Notes under the pieces: model-generated
Told to the model about the DNA's origin: nothing
Databases searched by the model: none
The model's input: the letters and a program-made list of their open reading frames with translations, nothing else
Shown here: in pieces, positions 1 to 7,613 of the stretch
Numbering within the stretch: the first letter of the stretch is position 1
Layout of the letters: every line of letters begins with the position of its first letter
Program-made: the position numbers and the translations under genes
Assembly: GCA_030704665.1 (NCBI GenBank)
Contig: JAUYID010000009.1
Span: 857,702 to 921,701, forward strand
From: a bacterium
Lineage (GTDB): Bacteria > Patescibacteriota > Microgenomatia > Woykebacterales > RBG-16-39-9b
Length of the DNA: 64,000 bases
Direction: 5' to 3'

Positions 1-2
1 CG

Positions 3-131
3 CCACAGGGGCATCATGGTCCTCCACCGCCTCCGCCTCATCACGGACCACCTCCACATCATTTGGAGATGATGGAAGCTTTGAGACGAATAGAGGATAA
101 GTTGTCTAGAATAGAAGAAAAGATTGGTTAA
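3..131 (+). CDS. 3' end of a His/Pro-rich protein with a C-terminal coiled coil (partial, starts before the window)
   Basis: Frame 3 translated by hand: PQGHHGPPPPPPHHGPPPHHLEMMEALRRIEDKLSRIEEKIG-TAA; heptad-like tail. Confidence 0.6.
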   Translation, partial: PQGHHGPPPPPPHHGPPPHHLEMMEALRRIEDKLSRIEEKIG

Positions 132-241
132 ACAAAAAGAGTAGGCCTACTCGAAAATTTAGTTGTACTGAAATTAAGAAACCAGTTTAGGCTATTGTGA
201 CTGAAGTAAAACTATTTAATTACAATAGAAAGGAATCCTCT

Positions 242-667
242 ATGACAGCGAACAAGAAGAAAACCAAGGGATTTTCAGACGAAGAGCGAGACGCAATGAA
301 GGAGCGCACCCTGGAACTGCGGGCAAACAAGGCGGACGGTGAAAGCGCCGTGCTCGCTAAGATCGCCGAAATGCCGGAACCGGATCGCGCCATGGCCAAT
401 CGGATCCATACTGTCATTAAAGAAAGCGCGCCAGAGCTCTCGCCGAAAACCTGGTACGGTATGCCCGCGTATGCTAATAATGACGGCAAGGTCGTCTGTT
501 TCTTCACAGCTGCGTCAAAGTTCAAATCAAGGTACGCGACGCTCGGCTTCAATGATACAGCGAAGCTAGACGAAGGCCACATGTGGCCGACCTCCTTCGC
601 GATCACGAAGTTAACAGATGCCGAAGAAGCAGAAATCACCGCGCTCGTGAAAAAAGCAGTGGGTTGA
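242..667 (+). CDS. DUF1801/YdhG-like protein
   Basis: [10 protein letters not shown]...[11 protein letters not shown]...MWPTSFA motifs; ATG at 242 preceded by GAAAGGA. Confidence 0.8.
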   Translation: MTANKKKTKGFSDEERDAMKERTLELRANKADGESAVLAKIAEMPEPDRAMANRIHTVIKESAPELSPKTWYGMPAYANNDGKVVCFFTAASKFKSRYATLGFNDTAKLDEGHMWPTSFAITKLTDAEEAEITALVKKAVG

Positions 668-686
668 GAACAAACCTTTTGTCCTA

Positions 687-2015
687 TTAGGAAGCTCTGG
701 CAAATTCAACTGCGTTATCTGGTTTTATAAATGGCAAGCGATCTTCGATAAAAGCGAATCTTCTGGGGTAATTCTCTTGCAGGTATCTCGAGTTGGTAGT
801 GTAAATTCTGACAGATTCAGCAAAGTCCTCGCTCATTATCGTGTCCTCACCACTTCCATAGATATCAGCGTGCCTTAAAGCGTAATCACTGACAAATTTT
901 CTTCTTAAAGATGATGCCTCGGTTTCAACTATATTCTTATACTGTGTTCGAGCTTCTTGATCTCCTTGAAAACCAAAGCGATGGGCAAACTCATGTGAGA
1001 CCGTACCCAAAATAAAGGCCCTCATTTTATCCTCGTCAGACTCCAAATCTATGTCCGCTAAATAATCATAATCTCCTGGCTTTTCTACCCCAAAGGCCCT
1101 CAACTCAATATGATGGAAACCTCCGTGGTCACCGGCTGTAGCTCGAACCTTGTAAAGGTTTTTGACTTTACTTGGATCATCTACTCCTTCAAGGAACATA
1201 GCAGCTTGAAGATAGCGGTCTCTGTCATCTGCGATCAAGACTACACCCTCCCAGTGAGCAATATTTCTCTGGTGCAGTTCATTTCCTCTTTGAATATCCT
1301 TTTCCCCGATAAATATTTGATACTGATCATTTTTCGAAATCTTTGCAATTTTTGCTTTTCTAACTCCTTCAGGGCTGAAGGTAGCCTGCAAAAACTGCAG
1401 AACTTTCTCATTGGGAATTTTTGGATCTTCGGTAGTTCCAAACCCCTCAATTTTTGGCCCGACTAGGAGCAGTCTTTTCGCCTCTTCGTAGTTCTGAGCC
1501 ATATTATTGACTAGAATTGACTCAACCCCAACCTCTATTTCTGTTCTGTCATCAGGAATCTTATTAGCAATATCATCAACCACCGCCCGGAAGTCTGTCT
1601 CCAAAGAGTTTAACCTCTGATTTTCTTCTTCTGTTGTTAGGCTCAACTCCCGAAGAGATGCCAAACGGTGTCTTCCACTGACCAATACTCTGTTCGATTC
1701 AGAAGAGTACTGGACCCCAAAAAATTTATGATTATACTTTTTTTCTGCTTCAAGAATTCTAGCCTTTACTTCCTCCGGATTCCAACCTTCGTTTGCTTCC
1801 AAAACCTGGATCGCAAACTCGTTGTACGCATCAATTGCCTCTTGTGGAGTAAATTTAAACCCCTCGTCCTCTTTGGAAAACAGAAGCTTGACTCCAAAAG
1901 CAGCTTCAGCTGGTGGTTTGGAAAAATCTTTTTCTTTTCCAGCCCGGAAATTCTCTTGGGCCTTTTTAGCATCAAAATCAATTGCTTCTGGTCCGGAATT
2001 CTCAATTTCACTCAT
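687..2015 (-). CDS. Hypothetical protein with C-terminal zincin-like metallopeptidase motif
   Basis: 442-aa ORF; SHEFAH (HExxH), then FVSDYA and EDFAES. Confidence 0.65.
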   Translation of the reverse strand: MSEIENSGPEAIDFDAKKAQENFRAGKEKDFSKPPAEAAFGVKLLFSKEDEGFKFTPQEAIDAYNEFAIQVLEANEGWNPEEVKARILEAEKKYNHKFFGVQYSSESNRVLVSGRHRLASLRELSLTTEEENQRLNSLETDFRAVVDDIANKIPDDRTEIEVGVESILVNNMAQNYEEAKRLLLVGPKIEGFGTTEDPKIPNEKVLQFLQATFSPEGVRKAKIAKISKNDQYQIFIGEKDIQRGNELHQRNIAHWEGVVLIADDRDRYLQAAMFLEGVDDPSKVKNLYKVRATAGDHGGFHHIELRAFGVEKPGDYDYLADIDLESDEDKMRAFILGTVSHEFAHRFGFQGDQEARTQYKNIVETEASSLRRKFVSDYALRHADIYGSGEDTIMSEDFAESVRIYTTNSRYLQENYPRRFAFIEDRLPFIKPDNAVEFARAS

Positions 2016-2134
2016 GCTTTGATTATAAGATCTGGATATTTAAAAAGAAACGATCTGGTTCCTAAAGTTAAAGCTTATATAAGCAATTAGAGGCTACCCT
2101 TCTAGCACTTTGGTGTTAAGATAGAAAATAAAAT

Positions 2135-2620
2135 ATGATTGGTAGAGTCAAGTACATGGCAATTTTTGTTTCCATCCTTCTTGCCTTTATGGCGATGTCG
2201 GCTATGGCAGTTGCCATGGAAGGTCAAACCGGTGGAGTCTTTGGTGAAAGGATGCTTTTCGGGTTCTCGGCAGATTTTTGGATTCTTCGGGTAATGGTTC
2301 CACTCTTTCTGCTTCCTGTAATAATTGTTGCCGGTCTTGAATCACGAATAGTTGGAACACTTGCCATTGCTTACGTCATTGGCAGTGTAGTTGAAGATTT
2401 TTTCTGGTTCGTTGTTAATCCATACTACGGTCTGGGAAAGTGGAATAGTACTGACGCTACCTGGCCTAACTGGATTAAAATTGGACCTTTTGAACTACCT
2501 CTTTTCTACCTTATCAGCTTTGCAGTGACGCTAATATTGTGGTTTGTCTTTTTCAAAAATGCCAACAGGGTTAATTTATTTTTTAAGAAGTATTTACCTT
2601 GGGCAACGACTAAACTTTGA
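2135..2620 (+). CDS. Hypothetical multi-pass membrane protein
   Basis: About four hydrophobic segments; VEDFFWFVVNP motif. Confidence 0.7.
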   Translation: MIGRVKYMAIFVSILLAFMAMSAMAVAMEGQTGGVFGERMLFGFSADFWILRVMVPLFLLPVIIVAGLESRIVGTLAIAYVIGSVVEDFFWFVVNPYYGLGKWNSTDATWPNWIKIGPFELPLFYLISFAVTLILWFVFFKNANRVNLFFKKYLPWATTKL

Positions 2621-2797
2621 CTCGCCTCGACATATTCAAAACGCTTCTTTGCTTGCAACCATCTGCCTTTTAAAGCAGCTAGACTCTCCAAATTGGGTTT
2701 ATATTTGGTCAACTTTTTAACATTTTTGCTATCTAGACGTATAATTGTAAAATCCCGAATTCTTAAGAATTGACAGATCAAAAGAAGGAGACTGATC

Positions 2798-3766
2798 TTG
2801 AAGAGGGACCGAGGATACAAGCTAGTGGTACTTTTAGTCGCTACTGGCGTGATCGCTATTGGTGAAAGACTCCGTCACTGGCTCAAGGATACGAAGAGTG
2901 GCCTGCAGCTTGATGACGATGACCCTGCGGGATTTCATCCTCGTGACGAAATCATCTGGAGACTTGCCCAGGCGGTCATTCTTCCTTTGGGTTACCTGAA
3001 GTGGTGGACTGGCACTCTGGAAGTAAGGGGTAAAGAAAACGTCGAGACGGCTATTGCCAGCCGCAAGGGTACCCAAGTAGTGGGGAACCACAAAGCGATA
3101 CCTGATGCCTTCACTCCCCAAACTGCCATCAGGTTTCTCGGGCATGTCCGACTCGCCGAAGACCATTTTCGCTCTGTCATCGGCATGGTCTTCGTCAACC
3201 GCCGACCCATACTCAGCAAAGTTCTTGAAGGTGGGGACTACATACCCATTGTTCCGGAACGAATGCTCGAAAATGAATTCCTGCGCACCCTGACCCCTGC
3301 CGAACGCAAAACGCATTTGAGAAACGCTAGGCGCATCAATTCCGCAGCTTTCCCACTGATGCGAAAGTTCCTTGGCTTGAGGTACTGGACTCTCCTCTAC
3401 CCCGAGGCAACTCGTGTCTTGGAGCCGGGAATGAAAAAAGTCCATGACGGAGTGGCAACTGCCTTGCGACACCCGGGAACGAACCTTCTGCCCGTAGCCC
3501 AGATCGGCACGGATCAGATGTGGAAGCCTGGGAGTTGGCGACCTCAACCGCTGAGCAAAATCACGGTCATCTTTGGTGAACCGATCAGCTCTGAGGAAGC
3601 CGAGACTCGTGCCCGAAAGATCAGCCAACGCTACGGTGTCAGTGAGGATCGAGCCCTGTGCGATCTGGTCATGCGCCGAATTGCTCGACTCATGATCGAA
3701 AACGGTCACCCGCAGTACGCCGGCTTCTACGCCAAACCTCGCCGCGAACGTCTTGGAGTGAGCTAA
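2798..3766 (+). CDS. Lysophospholipid/1-acylglycerol-3-phosphate acyltransferase family (PlsC-like)
   Basis: NHKAIPD (HX4D), YPEATR, LLPVAQIG, ITVIFGEPI; SD GAAGGAG before TTG. Confidence 0.8.
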   Translation: MKRDRGYKLVVLLVATGVIAIGERLRHWLKDTKSGLQLDDDDPAGFHPRDEIIWRLAQAVILPLGYLKWWTGTLEVRGKENVETAIASRKGTQVVGNHKAIPDAFTPQTAIRFLGHVRLAEDHFRSVIGMVFVNRRPILSKVLEGGDYIPIVPERMLENEFLRTLTPAERKTHLRNARRINSAAFPLMRKFLGLRYWTLLYPEATRVLEPGMKKVHDGVATALRHPGTNLLPVAQIGTDQMWKPGSWRPQPLSKITVIFGEPISSEEAETRARKISQRYGVSEDRALCDLVMRRIARLMIENGHPQYAGFYAKPRRERLGVS

Positions 3767-3777
3767 GGAGGTATGTA

Positions 3778-3812
3778 AAGTGGTCGAGTAGATCCTGCAA
3801 ACTCGACCACTT
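3778..3812 (+). terminator. Stem-loop after the acyltransferase gene
   Basis: AAGTGGTCGAGT / ACTCGACCACTT perfect 12-bp inverted repeat followed by T-rich sequence. Confidence 0.6.
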
Positions 3813-3876
3813 AACTTCTTTAAAGCCTTTTGGCTATTTTTGTTGTATATTCAAATCAAGGAGGTGATTCACAAAG

Positions 3877-4092
3877 ATGGCAGAAGAAAATAATTTATTC
3901 AAAGTTCAACATGTTGAAAAGGTAATCAACAACACTGGTTCGGGGGCTATTTACGGTTTGGGCATCATTGGAGCTCTGATTTATTTCTTACAACGAGCTG
4001 ACAGCTTTTGGGCAGTGCTACTGGGAATTGCAAAGGCTGTTTTTTGGCCAGCAGTTATTCTCTATGAAGTTTTGAAGCTTCTAAACTTGTAA
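3877..4092 (+). CDS. Small membrane protein
   Basis: SD AAGGAGGTG; GAIYGLGIIGALIYF...AKAVFWPA, two hydrophobic helices. Confidence 0.75.
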   Translation: MAEENNLFKVQHVEKVINNTGSGAIYGLGIIGALIYFLQRADSFWAVLLGIAKAVFWPAVILYEVLKLLNL

Positions 4093-4160
4093 GGACGGAG
4101 GATTCGAGAGGTTTCGGAAAATTTTTGTCTACAAAAGCTCTAGCTCTAATTATTTTTTTT

Positions 4161-4946
4161 CTAGTCGGCAGCGAAAACAACGAAGGTAACTAGCTTGTGT
4201 TTCTGACCCAAATCTCTCTGGTAAAGACCCACCCTTCGATTTTTCTTCAGCTCGCGTCCCCACTCTTTTCGAGTCTCAAAATTCTGGTTCTTTTCTCCTT
4301 GGGCTTGTGGAAGTTTTTGGCTGGTAGCTTTGAGGCTAGTGAAACTATCAAGGTGACTATAAATGGTTTCCAGCTCATCATAGTCGTGTTGGTTCGGGTG
4401 TTGGTTAGGCGTCGGCTCACTCGTGTAATCCATGCAACTTCCCAGGGGTAAGTTGTAGAAGTCCTCATCCTGATGATCAAGTCCCAGGGTATGTCCTACC
4501 TCCTGACACATTACCAAATTTCTCCAGCCAGGACTGTTGTAGGTAGAAGTTTTAAAATAGGTATCATTCAGTTTGGTTACTGCTTGAGTGATGTGACCCC
4601 CACTCACCCAAATTTGAGCAAGCCCAAGCCAACCGTTTCTACCGTAGGTGTAGCTACAAACTTCAAGACGCCCAGCTGTCGGCCGACAGCGCCGGGCATT
4701 AGTCGATCCAGCTACAACCGCTAGATCAAGAACTGACGACTGACTCCAGTCAGAGGCGGTAGTCCGCAAATACTGGTCCCAAGCTAGGGAAACGTTGTCT
4801 CCAGTTTTAAGAGTAAAAGGATTGGCTGTTCGTGCCCAATGAAAATTACCCCAAGAGTGGTTTGCCGAAGACAAAGGAGGTGCAATAAGTAAAAAAATCC
4901 AAAAGAAGGATGCTAAAAGCAAAGTTTTTCGGTTTGAAAATTTCAT
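4161..4946 (-). CDS. Secreted metzincin/matrixin-like protein with QExxHxxGxxH variant motif
   Basis: N-terminal signal peptide; CQEVGHTLGLDH; Met-turn-like SCMDY. Confidence 0.75.
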   Translation of the reverse strand: MKFSNRKTLLLASFFWIFLLIAPPLSSANHSWGNFHWARTANPFTLKTGDNVSLAWDQYLRTTASDWSQSSVLDLAVVAGSTNARRCRPTAGRLEVCSYTYGRNGWLGLAQIWVSGGHITQAVTKLNDTYFKTSTYNSPGWRNLVMCQEVGHTLGLDHQDEDFYNLPLGSCMDYTSEPTPNQHPNQHDYDELETIYSHLDSFTSLKATSQKLPQAQGEKNQNFETRKEWGRELKKNRRVGLYQRDLGQKHKLVTFVVFAAD

Positions 4947-5087
4947 ATTTTTCTATCTTTACTTTAGCGTTTTTTTTACTCTAAGTCAAACCAAATCTTT
5001 TCACTGCTCGCGTGTGAGACTTCTTCGCTTCGACTTCGCGGTCCCGCGGTTCGGCCGCTATCTTAGTATCAAGTTCAATCCGAAAAA

Positions 5088-5639
5088 TTAAACTCTCTTG
5101 TACATGAGAATATGGTCGTCGTGGCCCTTTTCCAGCTTGACACCGTCGGGAAGTCTGCCATATTCGGAAAAGCCAAACTTTTCATAAATCTGCTTGGCTT
5201 TTTCATTTTTGGCAAAGACTGAAAGTTTAACTATTTCAAGCCCCTTGAGATTTTTCTTCCCTTCCGAGATGACAGTTTCAAAAAACTTCGAGCCAATCCC
5301 TTCGTCGCGAAAACCGCGAGCAATGGAAATTCCCAGGCCAGCAATATGTTGACTGGTTCTGACACCCAAATCCAAATTCACAATTCCAATCAATTTTTCT
5401 CCAAAAAAGGCGAGTAACTCTACCGACCGGCCTTCCTCAACCGCCTCGATTTTCCGCTCAACATATTTTTTCTCTTCCTCAGGCACCAACTCTTCCCCCT
5501 GATAGCTGATGAAGGTTCGTTCCTGGGAGATGACGTTCATGTAGTCACACATTGCCTTTGCATCTCCGTCTTGGATATATCGAATAAGAAAATTTCGACC
5601 TTTTTTACTTTTTCCTTCAAAAACTATTTTTCCTACCAT
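5088..5639 (-). CDS. GNAT family N-acetyltransferase
   Basis: FRDEGIGS acetyl-CoA loop; NEKAKQIYEKFGF. Confidence 0.9.
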   Translation of the reverse strand: MVGKIVFEGKSKKGRNFLIRYIQDGDAKAMCDYMNVISQERTFISYQGEELVPEEEKKYVERKIEAVEEGRSVELLAFFGEKLIGIVNLDLGVRTSQHIAGLGISIARGFRDEGIGSKFFETVISEGKKNLKGLEIVKLSVFAKNEKAKQIYEKFGFSEYGRLPDGVKLEKGHDDHILMYKRV

Positions 5640-5653
5640 AAATTCTTCCAGAA

Positions 5654-6628
5654 TTATAATGCTTCACTAGTGTACTTCAAACCTACTTTACCAAGGTGTA
5701 ACCAATAATCGTTCTCCTCGGAGGTGTTTTGGTTAAATTCTCTTTCTTTGGTAGCCCCAATTATGTGGGTCGCGTGAGCGATCTTCACAAATAAAGGTAA
5801 GTATTCCAATTCCTCCTTGGTAAGAGACACAACTTTTTGATATTCCTGCAATGCCAACTTGTAGTTATCCGGAAATGCCTCTAGCTTGTCTTCGTCAAAA
5901 AGGATGTTGCAAAGAAGAACCGCTAGCTCTTGAATCCTTGGGTAGTAATTGCTAACCGAAAAATCAATTAGGAAAATCTCTCCTTTTTTATCTCTGATCA
6001 CGTTAGTTTTGATGATATCTCCATGGACAAGACAATGGGGTAGTGTGTCTAGGTTAATCCGCGCAAAATTTTCTAAGAGCGGTGTAATTAATTGAGCGTC
6101 TTCTTTCTCAAGAAATTTTTCGATTTTTTCGAATTCTTTTGGAAAACTCGTTATCGCCCAACTGTCGTAAATAAACGCGGGTTTGAGATGAATATTATTT
6201 ATCTTGGCTGCTTCACGAACCAGGATTTTTAACTCTTCCTTGTCGGGTACACTTTTTGACTGGTAGAAACTCTCACCGTTAATGAACTCCATGACACAAA
6301 GTCGTATGTCTACCCCATCAAATTTCTTTTGAAAAAAGTAATCCCCACCAAAACCGAGCAATTTTGGATGCTTTACCCCAGCTTCCAGCACTTCTTCAAT
6401 GATTTTCAAATAACGTAGGCAATTGTCGAGATCACGAAAAGTGGCGAAAATTTTAACAAAAAACTTTCCTTTTTCGGTCTCTAGAACAAGGTTAAAATCT
6501 TCATACCCAGAGGTTAAAGTTTTCCAAGAAAAGTATTGACCAAAACCATAGGATAGACAGACCTCCTTGAGCAAAGGTTCAATCTCGCCTTCATAGCCAA
6601 TTCTTTTCTGAAAATCTTTTTCCGTCAT
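5654..6628 (-). CDS. APH / type II homoserine kinase-like phosphotransferase
   Basis: HGDIIKTN and LIDFS kinase motifs. Confidence 0.85.
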   Translation of the reverse strand: MTEKDFQKRIGYEGEIEPLLKEVCLSYGFGQYFSWKTLTSGYEDFNLVLETEKGKFFVKIFATFRDLDNCLRYLKIIEEVLEAGVKHPKLLGFGGDYFFQKKFDGVDIRLCVMEFINGESFYQSKSVPDKEELKILVREAAKINNIHLKPAFIYDSWAITSFPKEFEKIEKFLEKEDAQLITPLLENFARINLDTLPHCLVHGDIIKTNVIRDKKGEIFLIDFSVSNYYPRIQELAVLLCNILFDEDKLEAFPDNYKLALQEYQKVVSLTKEELEYLPLFVKIAHATHIIGATKEREFNQNTSEENDYWLHLGKVGLKYTSEAL

Positions 6629-6703
6629 AATCTAACTTGCTGGCATTTTAGCACTTTGACACTAAATCCTAAAGAAGATTAAGATTACCTTGGAGGTGAG
6701 ATC

Positions 6704-7087
6704 GTGAAATTTGCTGGACCGATCGTCTTTTCGACACCAGCCGAGGCCGGCCCATCAACTAGACAGGCCGGCCAAAACCACCGGGAGGAATTGAGAAGCT
6801 TCGCTGACCAACTCGAAGCCGAGGAGCCCTCGATCGCACAAAGAGCAACCTTAGCCACGACCTGGTTGCACGACGTTCGTCCTGACATCCGTTTCGGAAT
6901 TGCTTCCGAATTCAACGACGAGCGGTGGGTGATTTTCATTTACCTACCAGAAGAAGACCGAACCAGTTTCCTATACGAATACGACGGGATTCTGAAACGC
7001 TACGGGGGAAACGGTCTGGTCTTTGAGGTTCAGGAGAAGGGAGATTACGATTCGGAAATCTTCGACACCGAACCAATCGAAGTCTAG
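6704..7087 (+). CDS. Hypothetical acidic protein
   Basis: Strong SD GGAGGTGA before GTG; 127-aa ORF. Confidence 0.6.
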   Translation: MKFAGPIVFSTPAEAGPSTRQAGQNHREELRSFADQLEAEEPSIAQRATLATTWLHDVRPDIRFGIASEFNDERWVIFIYLPEEDRTSFLYEYDGILKRYGGNGLVFEVQEKGDYDSEIFDTEPIEV

Positions 7088-7110
7088 CCTTCCCAAGCGG
7101 AAACCATATC

Positions 7111-7145
7111 TACAGGTGTGGGACCAATCGCCTCTCACACCTGTA
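7111..7145. terminator. Stem-loop between convergent genes
   Basis: TACAGGTGTGGGA / TCTCACACCTGTA inverted repeat. Confidence 0.55.
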
Positions 7146-7202
7146 ACCAACCATTTGAAAAGTAACTTACTCAGACATTCACAAGATCTTTTTTCGGCCC
7201 TA

Positions 7203-7613
7203 TTAATGAATATGTACAGTGGCCTTTCCTTGACAGGCTTCGCAGTTTTCCCGCCTATTTAACTTTATGTTTAAATCAATTAGAGCTGCAGAGCTTAGGA
7301 ATAGAATACCCATAACCAGAAACAAGATACTCACTCCGGGGGCTGTATTTGCATAGATCACACCTGTTCCACCAGTGATTGAAAGTACTAAGGGATAAAT
7401 ATTATGGTGGCCCCTGTAGCTGAGATAAAAACTCAAGACGCTGATCGATATCAAGCCAATTAAAATTGGTGTGAGTACCTTCGCTAAAGCGAAAAGAAAG
7501 CTAACTTGACCAACCGCTATAAAAGCGGCCGTAAAGGTACAAAGTGGACACATTGCCACCAAGGGGGTTGCAATCCAAGAGACAAAGTTTCCTAGTCCTG
7601 AGAAGTTTTTCAC
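7203..7613 (-). CDS. MerC-like heavy-metal membrane protein
   Basis: CPLC in first TM, four TM helices, C-terminal CEAC and HIH; 4-nt overlap with the ATPase stop. Confidence 0.65.
   Translation of the reverse strand: MKNFSGLGNFVSWIATPLVAMCPLCTFTAAFIAVGQVSFLFALAKVLTPILIGLISISVLSFYLSYRGHHNIYPLVLSITGGTGVIYANTAPGVSILFLVMGILFLSSAALIDLNIKLNRRENCEACQGKATVHIH

Noticed and set aside
2834-3709. 291-aa antisense ORF
   Set aside because: Shadow of the GC-rich acyltransferase; no motifs. The same applies to the many antisense ORFs over core genes.
3764-3778. GGAGGT-ATG-TAA start-stop element
   Set aside because: SD has zero spacing to the ATG; likely chance at the base of the terminator hairpin.
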